DNA from: Escherichia coli
GTDB taxonomy: Bacteria; Pseudomonadota; Gammaproteobacteria; Enterobacterales; Enterobacteriaceae
Assembly: GCF_003334255.1 (NCBI RefSeq)
Contig: NZ_QOWU01000016.1
DNA: 64,000 nt
Strand: one strand, 5' to 3'
Positions 45,991 to 56,635 of the stretch are shown in pieces (position 1 is the stretch's first letter; each line of letters begins with the position of its first letter). A model generated the notes under the pieces. That model was not told the DNA's origin. It saw nothing but the letters and a program-made list of their open reading frames with translations, and made no database searches. The position numbers and the translations under genes are program-made.

Positions 45991-46464
45991 ATGAAAAAAA
46001 TACTCGAAGCAATACTGGCGATTAATCTCGCCGTACTTTCCTGTATTGTATTTATAAACATTATTTTAAGATATGGTTTTCAGACAAGCATTTTATCTGT
46101 TGATGAATTGTCACGTTATTTATTTGTCTGGTTAACGTTTATTGGCGCGATTGTAGCTTTTATGGATAACGCCCACGTTCAGGTCACCTTTCTGGTGGAG
46201 AAACTCTCCCCCGCATGGCAGCGACGAGTCGCTCTGGTTACCCATTCCTTAATCTTATTTATTTGTGGCGCACTGGCCTGGGGCGCAACGCTAAAAACAA
46301 TTCAGGACTGGAGCGATTATTCACCGATCCTCGGTTTACCCATCGGCCTGATGTATGCCGCTTGTCTGCCCACCAGCCTCGTTATCGCATTCTTTGAACT
46401 GCGTCATTTATATCAACTCATCACGCGTAGCAATTCTCTAACGTCGCCACCGCAAGGAGCTTAA
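45991..46464 (+). CDS. yiaM: TRAP transporter small permease YiaM (157 aa)
   Basis: 157-aa 4-TM-like ORF preceding the large permease. Confidence 0.88.
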
Positions 46465-46466
46465 TC

Positions 46467-47744
46467 ATGGCTGTGCTGATTTTTCTGGGCTGTCTGTTGG
46501 GTGGTATTGCTATCGGTTTGCCTATTGCCTGGGCACTGTTGTTGTGCGGGGCGGCGTTAATGTTCTGGCTGGACATGTTTGATGTCCAGATCATGGCACA
46601 AACGCTGGTGAACGGAGCCGATAGCTTCTCCCTGCTGGCGATTCCGTTCTTTGTGCTGGCGGGTGAAATCATGAATGCGGGCGGCTTGTCAAAACGCATT
46701 GTTGACCTGCCGATGAAACTGGTGGGGCATAAACCAGGCGGGCTGGGCTACGTCGGCGTGCTGGCAGCTATGATTATGGCGAGCCTTTCTGGTTCTGCCG
46801 TTGCGGATACCGCCGCCGTTGCCGCTCTACTGGTGCCGATGATGCGCAGCGCCAACTATCCGGTCAACCGGGCGGCGGGGCTGATTGCCTCTGGCGGCAT
46901 TATCGCGCCAATTATTCCCCCTTCCATTCCGTTTATTATCTTCGGCGTTTCCAGCGGATTATCCATCAGTAAGCTGTTTATGGCGGGCATTGCCCCTGGC
47001 ATGATGATGGGCGCAACGCTGATGCTTACCTGGTGGTGGCAGGCCAGTCGCCTTAATTTACCCCGCCAGCAAAAAGCAACGATGCAGGAAATCTGGCACT
47101 CTTTTGTCTCCGGTATCTGGGCGCTGTTTCTTCCAGTCATCATTATTGGCGGGTTTCGCTCCGGTCTGTTTACCCCTACCGAAGCCGGGGCCGTTGCTGC
47201 TTTCTATGCGCTGTTTGTCGCCACAGTTATTTACCGTGAAATGACCTTCGCCACACTTTGGCATGTACTCATTGGCGCGGCGAAAACCACCTCAGTGGTT
47301 ATGTTTCTGGTGGCCTCGGCACAAGTTTCCGCCTGGCTGATTACCATTGCTGAACTGCCGATGATGGTTTCTGATTTACTGCAACCGTTGGTCGATTCAC
47401 CGCGTCTGCTGTTTATCGTCATTATGGTGGCTATCCTGATTGTCGGCATGGTCATGGATTTAACGCCGACGGTATTAATTCTTACCCCGGTATTAATGCC
47501 TTTAGTTAAAGAGGCAGGAATCGATCCGATTTATTTCGGTGTCATGTTTATCATTAACTGCTCAATCGGCTTAATTACACCGCCTATCGGTAATGTACTT
47601 AACGTTATTTCAGGGGTGGCAAAACTCAAATTCGATGATGCAGTCAGAGGCGTTTTCCCTTACGTCCTGGTTTTATATTCATTATTAGTCGTATTTGTTT
47701 TTATTCCCGATCTCATCATCCTCCCTTTGAAATGGATTAATTAA
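46467..47744 (+). CDS. yiaN: TRAP transporter large permease YiaN (425 aa)
   Basis: 425-aa polytopic ORF. Confidence 0.9.
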   Translation: MAVLIFLGCLLGGIAIGLPIAWALLLCGAALMFWLDMFDVQIMAQTLVNGADSFSLLAIPFFVLAGEIMNAGGLSKRIVDLPMKLVGHKPGGLGYVGVLAAMIMASLSGSAVADTAAVAALLVPMMRSANYPVNRAAGLIASGGIIAPIIPPSIPFIIFGVSSGLSISKLFMAGIAPGMMMGATLMLTWWWQASRLNLPRQQKATMQEIWHSFVSGIWALFLPVIIIGGFRSGLFTPTEAGAVAAFYALFVATVIYREMTFATLWHVLIGAAKTTSVVMFLVASAQVSAWLITIAELPMMVSDLLQPLVDSPRLLFIVIMVAILIVGMVMDLTPTVLILTPVLMPLVKEAGIDPIYFGVMFIINCSIGLITPPIGNVLNVISGVAKLKFDDAVRGVFPYVLVLYSLLVVFVFIPDLIILPLKWIN

Positions 47745-47756
47745 AAGGAAAATATT

Positions 47757-48743
47757 ATGAAATTACACTCTGTAACCTACGCATTATTCATTGCTGGCCT
47801 GGCTGCATTCAGCACATCTTCTCTGGCGGCACAATCTTTACGTTTCGGTTATGAAACATCACAAACCGACTCGCAACATATTGCGGCGAAAAAATTCAAT
47901 GATTTATTGCAGGAGAGAACCAAAGGCGAGCTGAAATTAAAACTGTTCCCGGACAGCACTCTCGGTAACGCGCAGGCGATGATCAGCGGCGTACGTGGCG
48001 GCACCATCGATATGGAAATGTCCGGCTCGAATAACTTTGCCGGGTTATCACCAGTGATGAACTTGCTTGATGTCCCTTTCCTGTTCCGCGATACCGCTCA
48101 CGCGCATAAAACGCTCGACGGCAAAGTCGGTGATGATCTGAAAGCCTCACTTGAAGGTAAAGGACTGAAAGTACTGGCCTACTGGGAAAACGGCTGGCGC
48201 GATGTCACCAACTCGCGCGCACCGGTTAAAACCCCCGCCGACCTGAAAGGGCTGAAAATCCGCACCAACAATAGCCCGATGAATATCGCCGCATTCAAAG
48301 TCTTTGGCGCTAACCCGATCCCGATGCCGTTTGCCGAAGTCTATACCGGGCTGGAAACCCGCACTATCGACGCTCAGGAACACCCGATCAACGTCGTCTG
48401 GTCAGCAAAATTTTTCGAAGTGCAGAAGTTCCTTTCTCTGACGCACCACGCCTATTCCCCGCTTCTGGTGGTGATCAACAAAGCGAAGTTTGATGGCTTA
48501 AGTCCGGAGTTCCAGCAGGCGCTAGTTTCATCTGCACAAGAAGCGGGTAACTATCAGCGCAAACTGGTTGCTGAAGATCAGCAAAAAATCATCGACGGCA
48601 TGAAAGAAGCGGGCGTGGAAGTCATCACCGATCTCGACCGCAAAGCCTTTAGCGACGCACTGGGGAATCAGGTTCGCGACATGTTTGTTAAAGATGTGCC
48701 GCAGGGAGCTGATCTGCTGAAAGCCGTGGATGAGGTGCAATAA
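47757..48743 (+). CDS. yiaO: TRAP transporter periplasmic solute-binding protein YiaO (328 aa)
   Basis: Signal peptide MKLHSVTYALFIAGLAAFSTSSLA. Confidence 0.9.
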   Translation: MKLHSVTYALFIAGLAAFSTSSLAAQSLRFGYETSQTDSQHIAAKKFNDLLQERTKGELKLKLFPDSTLGNAQAMISGVRGGTIDMEMSGSNNFAGLSPVMNLLDVPFLFRDTAHAHKTLDGKVGDDLKASLEGKGLKVLAYWENGWRDVTNSRAPVKTPADLKGLKIRTNNSPMNIAAFKVFGANPIPMPFAEVYTGLETRTIDAQEHPINVVWSAKFFEVQKFLSLTHHAYSPLLVVINKAKFDGLSPEFQQALVSSAQEAGNYQRKLVAEDQQKIIDGMKEAGVEVITDLDRKAFSDALGNQVRDMFVKDVPQGADLLKAVDEVQ

Positions 48744-48746
48744 ACC

Positions 48747-50243
48747 ATGACGCAATACTGGCTGGGGTTAGATTGTGGCGGTAGCTGGCTGAAAGCCGGG
48801 CTGTATGACCGCGAAGGCCGGGAGGCAGGCGTGCAGCGCCTGCCGCTGTGCGCATTAAGCCCGCAGCCAGGCTGGGCAGAGCGCGATATGGCAGAACTGT
48901 GGCAATGCTGCATGGCTGTCATTCGCGCCCTGCTTACTCATTCTGGTGTTAGCGGGGAACAAATTGTCGGTATCGGCATCTCCGCACAGGGAAAGGGCTT
49001 GTTTTTGCTGGATAAAAACGACAAACCGCTCGGGAATGCTATTTTGTCCTCGGACCGCCGGGCGATGGAAATCGTTCGTCGCTGGCAGGAAGATGGCATC
49101 CCGGAAAAACTCTACCCGCTGACCCGACAAACCTTGTGGACCGGGCATCCGGTGTCGCTGTTACGCTGGCTGAAAGAGCACGAACCAGAACGCTACGCGC
49201 AAATTGGCTGCGTGATGATGACGCACGACTACCTGCGCTGGTGTTTAACTGGCGTCAAAGGCTGTGAAGAGAGCAATATTTCCGAGTCCAACCTCTACAA
49301 CATGAGTCTTGGGGAATATGACCCGTGCCTCACCGACTGGCTGGGGATCGCTGAAATCAATCACGCCCTGCCGCCTGTTGTCGGATCTGCCGAAATCTGC
49401 GGGGAGATCACCGCTCAGACAGCCGCCCTGACCGGTCTGAAAGCGGGTACGCCCGTTGTTGGCGGCCTGTTTGATGTGGTTTCCACCGCACTCTGCGCCG
49501 GGATCGAAGACGAATTTACCCTCAATGCGGTGATGGGGACCTGGGCGGTGACCAGCGGCATAACCCGCGGTTTACGTGACGGTGAAGCGCATCCGTATGT
49601 CTATGGTCGCTACGTTAACGATGGTGAATTTATCGTTCACGAAGCCAGCCCTACCTCTTCCGGCAACCTCGAATGGTTTACCGCACAGTGGGGAGAAATC
49701 TCGTTTGATGAGATCAATCAGGCCGTTGCCAGCTTGCCGAAGGCTGGGGGCGATCTCTTTTTCCTGCCGTTCCTGTACGGCAGCAACGCCGGACTCGAGA
49801 TGACCAGTGGTTTCTACGGGATGCAGGCCATTCACACCCGCGCGCACCTGTTGCAGGCCATCTATGAAGGGGTGGTGTTCAGCCATATGACCCACCTCAA
49901 CCGAATGCGCGAACGTTTTACTGATGTTCACACCCTACGCGTCACTGGCGGCCCGGCGCACTCCGATGTCTGGATGCAAATGCTGGCGGACGTCAGCGGT
50001 CTGCGTATCGAGCTGCCGCAGGTGGAAGAAACCGGCTGCTTTGGTGCGGCCCTTGCCGCCCGCGTCGGCACCGGGGTTTATCACAACTTCAGCGAAGCCC
50101 AACGTGACTTGCGACACCCGGTGCGCACCCTGCTGCCAGATATGACCGCCCATCAGCTTTACCAAAAAAAATATCAACGTTATCAGCATCTCATTGCCGC
50201 ACTTCAGGGCTTTCACGCCCGCATTAAGGAGCACACATTATGA
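48747..50243 (+). CDS. lyxK: L-xylulose / 3-keto-L-gulonate kinase LyxK (498 aa)
   Basis: FGGY-family kinase ORF, 498 aa. Confidence 0.9.
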   Translation: MTQYWLGLDCGGSWLKAGLYDREGREAGVQRLPLCALSPQPGWAERDMAELWQCCMAVIRALLTHSGVSGEQIVGIGISAQGKGLFLLDKNDKPLGNAILSSDRRAMEIVRRWQEDGIPEKLYPLTRQTLWTGHPVSLLRWLKEHEPERYAQIGCVMMTHDYLRWCLTGVKGCEESNISESNLYNMSLGEYDPCLTDWLGIAEINHALPPVVGSAEICGEITAQTAALTGLKAGTPVVGGLFDVVSTALCAGIEDEFTLNAVMGTWAVTSGITRGLRDGEAHPYVYGRYVNDGEFIVHEASPTSSGNLEWFTAQWGEISFDEINQAVASLPKAGGDLFFLPFLYGSNAGLEMTSGFYGMQAIHTRAHLLQAIYEGVVFSHMTHLNRMRERFTDVHTLRVTGGPAHSDVWMQMLADVSGLRIELPQVEETGCFGAALAARVGTGVYHNFSEAQRDLRHPVRTLLPDMTAHQLYQKKYQRYQHLIAALQGFHARIKEHTL

Positions 50244-50902
50244 GCCGACCACTTCTGCAACTGGCCCTCGACCACTCATCACTTGAAGCCGCGCAGCGCG
50301 ACGTGACGCTGTTAAAAGACAGCGTCGATATCGTCGAAGCGGGCACCATTCTCTGTTTAAACGAAGGGCTTGGCGCGGTGAAAGCCTTGCGCGAACAGTG
50401 CCCGGACAAAATCATCGTTGCTGACTGGAAGGTCGCCGACGCTGGTGAAACGCTCGCGCAACAGGCGTTTGGCGCAGGCGCTAACTGGATGACCATCATC
50501 TGCGCCGCGCCGCTCGCGACGGTAGAAAAAGGCCACGCAATGGCACAACGCTGCGGGGGTGAAATTCAGATAGAGCTGTTCGGTAACTGGACGCTGGACG
50601 ACGCCCGCGACTGGCATCGTATTGGCGTGCGGCAGGCCATTTATCATCGCGGTCGTGATGCACAGGCCAGCGGGCAACAGTGGGGCGAAGCCGATCTGGC
50701 ACGCATGAAGGCGCTTTCAGATATCGGCCTTGAGCTTTCCATTACTGGCGGGATTACCCCTGCTGACCTGCCGCTGTTTAAAGATATCCGCGTGAAAGCG
50801 TTTATTGCCGGGCGGGCACTGGCAGGCGCGGCAAATCCGGCGCAAGTGGCTGGCGATTTCCATGCGCAAATCGACGCTATCTGGGGAGGTGCGCGTGCGT
50901 AA
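50240..50902 (+). CDS. sgbH: 3-keto-L-gulonate-6-phosphate decarboxylase SgbH (220 aa)
   Basis: 220-aa ORF, ATGA overlap with lyxK. Confidence 0.9.
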   Translation: MSRPLLQLALDHSSLEAAQRDVTLLKDSVDIVEAGTILCLNEGLGAVKALREQCPDKIIVADWKVADAGETLAQQAFGAGANWMTIICAAPLATVEKGHAMAQRCGGEIQIELFGNWTLDDARDWHRIGVRQAIYHRGRDAQASGQQWGEADLARMKALSDIGLELSITGGITPADLPLFKDIRVKAFIAGRALAGAANPAQVAGDFHAQIDAIWGGARA

Positions 50903-51755
50903 TCATCCGTTAGGGATTTATGAAAAAGCGCTGGCGAAAGATCTCTCCTGGCCGGAGCGGCTGGTGCTGGCAAAAAGCTGCGGTTTTGATTTTGTCGAAA
51001 TGTCGGTGGATGAAACCGACGAACGGCTCTCACGTCTTGACTGGAGCGCCGCACAAAGGACTTCGCTGGTTGCCGCGATGATCGAAACAGGTGTTGGGAT
51101 CCCGTCGATGTGCCTGTCCGCACATCGTCGCTTTCCCTTTGGTAGCCGTGACGAGGCAGTGCGCGAACGGGCGCGGGAAATCATGAGTAAAGCGATTCGC
51201 CTGGCGCGCGATCTCGGCATTCGCACCATCCAGCTGGCAGGTTATGACGTCTATTACGAAGACCACGACGAAGGCACCCGGCAACGTTTTGCTGAAGGGC
51301 TGGCGTGGGCAGTCGAACAGGCGGCGGCATCACAAGTAATGCTGGCGGTGGAGATTATGGATACCGCGTTTATGAACTCCATCAGCAAATGGAAAAAATG
51401 GGACGAGATGCTCGCCTCACCGTGGTTCACCGTCTACCCGGACGTCGGCAACCTCAGCGCCTGGGGCAATGATGTTCCCGCCGAACTGAAACTGGGCATT
51501 GACCGTATCGCCGCGATCCACCTGAAAGACACCCAGCCAGTCACCGGGCAAAGTCCCGGACAGTTCCGCGACGTGCCGTTTGGCGAAGGCTGCGTCGATT
51601 TCGTTGGCATCTTCAAAACGCTGCATAAACTGAACTATCGCGGTTCTTTCCTGATTGAGATGTGGACCGAAAAAGCCAAAGAGCCGGTGCTGGAGATTAT
51701 TCAGGCGCGGCGTTGGATTGAAGCGCGTATGCAGGAGGCTGGATTTATATGTTAG
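50895..51755 (+). CDS. sgbU: L-xylulose-5-phosphate 3-epimerase SgbU (286 aa), GTG start overlapping the sgbH stop
   Basis: GTG at 50895 followed by [14 protein letters not shown]...; ORF track over-extends upstream in the same frame. Confidence 0.85.
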   Translation: MRNHPLGIYEKALAKDLSWPERLVLAKSCGFDFVEMSVDETDERLSRLDWSAAQRTSLVAAMIETGVGIPSMCLSAHRRFPFGSRDEAVRERAREIMSKAIRLARDLGIRTIQLAGYDVYYEDHDEGTRQRFAEGLAWAVEQAAASQVMLAVEIMDTAFMNSISKWKKWDEMLASPWFTVYPDVGNLSAWGNDVPAELKLGIDRIAAIHLKDTQPVTGQSPGQFRDVPFGEGCVDFVGIFKTLHKLNYRGSFLIEMWTEKAKEPVLEIIQARRWIEARMQEAGFIC

Positions 51756-52444
51756 AGCAACTGAAAGCCGACGTGCTGGCGGCGAATCTGGCGCTTCCCG
51801 CTCACCATCTGGTGACGTTCACCTGGGGCAATGTCAGCGCGGTAGACGAAACGCGGCAATGGATGGTAATCAAACCTTCCGGCGTCGAGTACGACGTGAT
51901 GACCGCCGACGATATGGTGGTGGTTGAGATAGCCAGCGGTAAGGTGGTGGAAGGCAGCAAAAAACCCTCTTCCGATACACCAACGCATCTGGCGCTCTAC
52001 CGTCGCTATGCCGAAATTGGCGGTATTGTGCATACCCACTCGCGCCACGCCACCATCTGGTCACAGGCCGGGCTGGATCTCCCCGCCTGGGGCACCACCC
52101 ACGCCGATTATTTTTACGGTGCCATCCCCTGCACGCGACAGATGACCGCAGAGGAGATTAACGGCGAATATGAATATCAGACCGGCGAAGTGATCATTGA
52201 AACCTTCGAAGAACGTGGCAGGAGTCCGGCACAAATCCCGGCGGTGCTGGTGCATTCTCACGGCCCGTTCGCATGGGGTAAAAACGCCGCCGATGCCGTG
52301 CATAACGCCGTAGTACTCGAAGAATGCGCCTATATGGGTCTATTCTCGCGCCAGCTTGCGCCGCAGCTCCCTGCGATGCAAAACGAACTGCTGGATAAGC
52401 ACTACCTGCGTAAGCATGGGGCCAATGCCTATTACGGGCAGTAA
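51749..52444 (+). CDS. sgbE: L-ribulose-5-phosphate 4-epimerase SgbE (231 aa)
   Basis: Class II aldolase/epimerase-like ORF, 231 aa, overlapping sgbU stop. Confidence 0.92.
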
Positions 52445-52475
52445 TCCCTCACGCCGGGGCTTCATCGCCCCGGCA

Positions 52476-52790
52476 CTACGAATTGATATGTTCCTTGCTG
52501 TAACGCCGCTTCCACGCTGCTGGCGTTAAACCAGTATGTTTCTGAAAAATCTGCCGGAAATAGCCAACGTCATTAAACCGTATTGCATGGAGCAGGCCGA
52601 CAACGTCGAGTCACTGCATAACCTGTTGCTGCCCGCCGATGCGCCATTTACGACATTTGAAGGCAAGGGATTGTTCAGCCATAAGATCCTGATTCAGACG
52701 CCAGGTTCCCGGTATGAACAGAGCAATCCAGAGCAACAACCTTTGTGGCATTACGACGGAGCACCAGCCGCACCGACATCCACCGGTGAA
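52476..52790 (-). pseudogene. Remnant of an AraC/XylS-family regulator: C-terminal HTH region only, broken by an in-frame TGA
   Basis: Minus-strand translation by hand: …NQDLMAEQSLAFKCRKWRIGGQQQVMQ*LDVVGLLHAIRFNDVGYFRQIFQKHTGLTPAAWKRRYSKEHINS*; no N-terminal domain or start codon; abuts the yiaT stop. Confidence 0.45.
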
Positions 52791-53531
52791 TTAAAAACGC
52801 CAGCTCACCCCGGTGACAAAGGTAAAACTCTCATTACGATCAATCATCGGGCTGTCGGTAATCTCTTCCGGCAGCTCGCTGTATCCTGCGCTCGCCATCA
52901 ATACGACGTGCTCTCCTATCGGGTATTTTGCCGTCAGGCTGACATAGGGCACCCAGGCATCCTGCGCGGAATAACTTGCCAGACCGCTACGACGGGACTC
53001 ACTCTCTGAAATGCCATAGTAATAGTCACTGAAATTCTCGTCATAATAGAGAACGCCCAGCGCAGGTGTCAGCGACAGACGACCTATCTGCATTTTGTGG
53101 AATACCGATAGCTCCCCCACCCAGCCGTTGCTGTTATCCAGAACGTCCGCAGCTGCAGAGGCTTTCACGGTTCCCCAACGCTCGTGGTGATACCAGGCAA
53201 CCCCCGCCATAGCCGTACTATCACGCTTATCAAGCTGTTGCATGGCATAATCGTCATTATCGGTAGGGTCAAATTCCAGCGGCATCCAGGATGCGGTCAG
53301 GCTAAGTTCATTTTTTTCACTTTGCGACAGAATAAAACCTAACGTGGTCTGACGAACATAAAAAGTATCACCTTCATAACTAATCAGCGGAATTGCCTTC
53401 GTATTTTCATTATAACCGCGATAAGGCGATTCATTATAAGCCGCACCAGCACCAATGGATAATTCAGAAGCAGTTGCGCTTGCCATAAAAGGCAACGCAA
53501 ATAACGCCACAATATTGCGATTAATTAACAT
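52791..53531 (-). CDS. yiaT: Outer-membrane MipA/OmpV-family protein YiaT (246 aa)
   Basis: Signal peptide MLINRNIVALFALPFMASATA; beta-barrel-like with C-terminal …SWRF. Confidence 0.88.
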   Translation of the reverse strand: MLINRNIVALFALPFMASATASELSIGAGAAYNESPYRGYNENTKAIPLISYEGDTFYVRQTTLGFILSQSEKNELSLTASWMPLEFDPTDNDDYAMQQLDKRDSTAMAGVAWYHHERWGTVKASAAADVLDNSNGWVGELSVFHKMQIGRLSLTPALGVLYYDENFSDYYYGISESESRRSGLASYSAQDAWVPYVSLTAKYPIGEHVVLMASAGYSELPEEITDSPMIDRNESFTFVTGVSWRF

Positions 53532-53654
53532 GTCCGGTATTCCATTTTAAAATAAGATAAAAAAGAGTCGGCATAATAATGCTTACAATTTCTCCGGTGC
53601 AAGATTCATATTTATATAGTAATATATAAAATTATATATAATTGGGCTGTTGCG

Positions 53655-54629
53655 ATGACAAAATTACAACTTAAGTACCGGGAGTTAAAAATTATCTCGG
53701 TAATCGCTGCCAGTGAAAATATCAGCCATGCCGCGACTGTACTTGGCATCGCACAGGCCAACGTCAGCAAATATCTTGCTGATTTTGAATCAAAAGTGGG
53801 TTTAAAAGTCTTTGACCGAACCACCCGGCAGCTGATGCTCACACCTTTTGGCACCGCGCTGTTACCGTACATCAACGACATGCTGGACAGAAACGAGCAA
53901 CTTAATAATTTTATTGCAGATTATAAGCATGAGAAACGTGGTCGGGTCACCATCTACGCCCCAACCGGCATAATTACCTATTTATCCAAACATGTAATCG
54001 ATAAAATTAAAGATATCGGTGATATCACCTTATCGCTAAAAACCTGCAATCTTGAGCGTAATGCCTTTTATGAAGGCGTCGAATTTCCTGATGATTGTGA
54101 TGTTTTAATCAGCTACGCTCCACCAAAAGATGAATCGCTGGTTGCCAGTTTTATTACCCAATATGCCGTAACCGCTTATGCCAGCCAGCGCTATCTTGAG
54201 AAACATCCCATTAGCCGTCCTGACGAACTCGAACATCACTCCTGTATTTTGATCGACTCGATGATGATCGACGACGCGAATATCTGGCGCTTCAACGTCG
54301 CCGGGAGTAAAGAGGTGCGGGATTATCGCGTGAAGGGAAATTACGTTTGCGACAACACGCAATCTGCGCTGGAGCTGGCACGAAATCACCTGGGGATTGT
54401 GTTTGCGCCAGACAAAAGTGTGCAGAGCGACCTGCAAGACGGCACGCTGGTGCCCTGCTTTCAGCAACCCTATGAATGGTGGCTGGATCTGGTGGCTATC
54501 TTCCGTAAACGGGAATACCAGCCCTGGCGGGTCCAGTATGTGCTGGATGAAATGCTGCGTGAAATTCGCCACCAGCTTGCTCAGTCGCAGCAACTGCGGC
54601 CTGAACAAGCGGCGGAAAGCGAAGATTAA
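53655..54629 (+). CDS. yiaU: LysR-family transcriptional regulator YiaU (324 aa)
   Basis: N-terminal LysR HTH (…[38 protein letters not shown]…), divergent from yiaT. Confidence 0.9.
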   Translation: MTKLQLKYRELKIISVIAASENISHAATVLGIAQANVSKYLADFESKVGLKVFDRTTRQLMLTPFGTALLPYINDMLDRNEQLNNFIADYKHEKRGRVTIYAPTGIITYLSKHVIDKIKDIGDITLSLKTCNLERNAFYEGVEFPDDCDVLISYAPPKDESLVASFITQYAVTAYASQRYLEKHPISRPDELEHHSCILIDSMMIDDANIWRFNVAGSKEVRDYRVKGNYVCDNTQSALELARNHLGIVFAPDKSVQSDLQDGTLVPCFQQPYEWWLDLVAIFRKREYQPWRVQYVLDEMLREIRHQLAQSQQLRPEQAAESED

Positions 54630-55762
54630 TGATCGAGATAAAGGTAATGCACCCAGCTGGTCATGCGTAATAGCACTTTGCGCATCACCGAGACATGGCT
54701 GAAATGATCAGAGTAAACCGCCACCTGGGCGTAAATACCGTCTGGTAAAGCGCTCAAATCAGTGTGCTCATCCAGTTCAATGGTCGCGATAACGCCATCT
54801 GAACCCGGCGCTGTGTTTAACGTCTGTAAGGTGCCGGTCGACTGATAAGCTCCGCCGGGAACGGCTGGACTAATGGCTGCCAGCTTACCGCTGAATACCT
54901 TACCTGGCAGAGCATTAAACACCACTTCCGCATCGTCGCCAGGAGCCAGTCGCAGCAAGGAGTTCTGACGGAACTGCGCCACGATTTGTCGTTTCTGATC
55001 GGGTATAAACACCATCACCGGACGTAGCGGCAGCGACGCGGCATAGGTACCCGGACGAATCAGTACCTGGGTCACATAACCATCGCTCGGCGCACGCACT
55101 ATCGTCTGCTCAAGGTTATATTTTGCTTCCGCGAGCTGTGCTTTCAGGCTGGCGATTTGAGAATGTTCACCCAACACCAGGCTATCCAGCTGGCTCTGGA
55201 TCTGTTTTTGTTCCGCCGCCGATGACTTCACGGAGGCTTCCTGCGCCAGATAATTTTGCCGCGCCACATCGATATCGCGTTCTGAAAACGGGTTTACTTT
55301 CGCCTGGCTGCCACGTGCGTAACGCTGATACTCTTTAGCGAATTTATCCCGCGTGGCCTTTGCCTGCTGAGTATTCGCCGCCATCTCATCTAACTCTGCG
55401 CCCAACGCCCGCTGTTTATGTTCTGCGGTAACGATATCCGCCATCAGCCGATCCACCCGCACCTGATAACGCGTCGGGTCCAGTCGAAATAGCACCTCAC
55501 CTTTTTTAATCAGCGTATTTTTCTTATCCGTCACTTCAATCACCACACCAGTCACCTGTGGGACAACAGGAATAGAAATAACCGCTTTTTGCGCTTTAAA
55601 GGTATACGGATGGTTATAGTTCATTAACAGAATTAGACCGCTGACAATAAATATTCCACCCAGGGCCGCTGTGGGAATGGTCCATTTATTTACGGGAATT
55701 TTGAAGATCTTAAACATTGCCCATGCAAAAGCCACATAGGTCAAAATAATCAGTAAATCCAT
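54626..55762 (-). CDS. yiaV: Membrane-fusion (HlyD-family periplasmic adaptor) protein YiaV (378 aa)
   Basis: N-terminal signal anchor, coiled-coil middle, adaptor motif [10 protein letters not shown]; stop overlaps the yiaU stop. Confidence 0.88.
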   Translation of the reverse strand: MDLLIILTYVAFAWAMFKIFKIPVNKWTIPTAALGGIFIVSGLILLMNYNHPYTFKAQKAVISIPVVPQVTGVVIEVTDKKNTLIKKGEVLFRLDPTRYQVRVDRLMADIVTAEHKQRALGAELDEMAANTQQAKATRDKFAKEYQRYARGSQAKVNPFSERDIDVARQNYLAQEASVKSSAAEQKQIQSQLDSLVLGEHSQIASLKAQLAEAKYNLEQTIVRAPSDGYVTQVLIRPGTYAASLPLRPVMVFIPDQKRQIVAQFRQNSLLRLAPGDDAEVVFNALPGKVFSGKLAAISPAVPGGAYQSTGTLQTLNTAPGSDGVIATIELDEHTDLSALPDGIYAQVAVYSDHFSHVSVMRKVLLRMTSWVHYLYLDH

Positions 55763-55767
55763 AAGTA

Positions 55768-56091
55768 TTACTCGGCAGAAGAGGATTTGATGTCGGCGAG
55801 CTGTTTCTCCAGCCCGGCAATGCGCTGTTGCAGTTGCATAACGGATGAATCATGGCTTTGCATTCCCCATCCCCGCTCCGGGCGGTAAAGCGTGGCCCAA
55901 ATCCACAAAAACGGCCAGATAACATGTAACGTAAAAAGACTCACCCAACCAGCAACATGAATGGCGTCGGCATGAGGATGATTACGTTTTTTGGCAATCA
56001 GGTAGGGAATATCATGTAAAATAATGATCCCATAGAAGATCACCAGAAATACAAAAATAAGCACTCCCAGTGCAAAATAGTCCAGGAACAT
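55768..56091 (-). CDS. yiaW: Small inner-membrane protein YiaW (DUF3302, 107 aa)
   Basis: ATG at 56089-56091 gives [27 protein letters not shown]...; 6 bp upstream of yiaV. Confidence 0.85.
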   Translation of the reverse strand: MFLDYFALGVLIFVFLVIFYGIIILHDIPYLIAKKRNHPHADAIHVAGWVSLFTLHVIWPFLWIWATLYRPERGWGMQSHDSSVMQLQQRIAGLEKQLADIKSSSAE

Positions 56092-56204
56092 ATTTCCCTC
56101 AAAGAATATAAAAAAGAACAATTAACGCATATTATGAAATGCCATGATGCAGTGCAATTTCCTTATTTATATAACGACATATTGTTTTTTATATACTTTC
56201 TTAA

Positions 56205-56417
56205 ATGTGCTGTCTGGTTTTTCAACAGGACGAGGTTTATCATATTGAAATAGTGGAACTATTGGCCAAACTAATGAATAACTCCAGTAAAACATCCACA
56301 GTACAGATTAAGCGTATTAAACCTTCAATTATCTACCGTTTATTGCTGATTGGCCTCGGATCACCAATGGTGATTTACGGCCTGGTTCGCCCGCTCACCA
56401 TCGAAACGCGAGATTAA
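56205..56417 (+). CDS. Hypothetical small ORF (70 codons; possible single-TM peptide) in the yiaW-aldB intergenic region
   Basis: ORF-track entry only; hydrophobic stretch IIYRLLLIGLGSPMVIYGLV; no convincing Shine-Dalgarno upstream of either ATG. Confidence 0.2.
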   Translation: MCCLVFQQDEVYHIEIVELLAKLMNNSSKTSTVQIKRIKPSIIYRLLLIGLGSPMVIYGLVRPLTIETRD

Positions 56418-56499
56418 ACTCCTGACAAAACACGCCCCAGAAACGTACTTCTGTTGGCGTAGTCTGGGTTATTGCGCACGTAGGTTTAAAACGTAAATT

Positions 56500-56630
56500 G
56501 TAACAACGTGCGCTTTGTTTATGCCGGATGCGGCGTGTACGCCTTATCCGGCCTACGGTCAGGTTCCCGTAGGCATGATAAGACGCGTAAGCGTCGCATC
56601 AGGCAATGAATACCCAATGCGACCAGCTTC
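56500..56630. repeat. REP/BIME elements downstream of aldB
   Basis: gccggatgcggcgtgtacgccttatccggcctac and gtaggcatgataagacgcgtaagcgtcgcatcaggc motifs. Confidence 0.55.
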
Positions 56631-56635
56631 TTATA

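Noticed and set aside
52536-53009. 157-codon + strand ORF overlapping the yiaT 3' end
   Set aside because: Antisense to yiaT and to the AraC-family remnant; no start context; shadow ORF.
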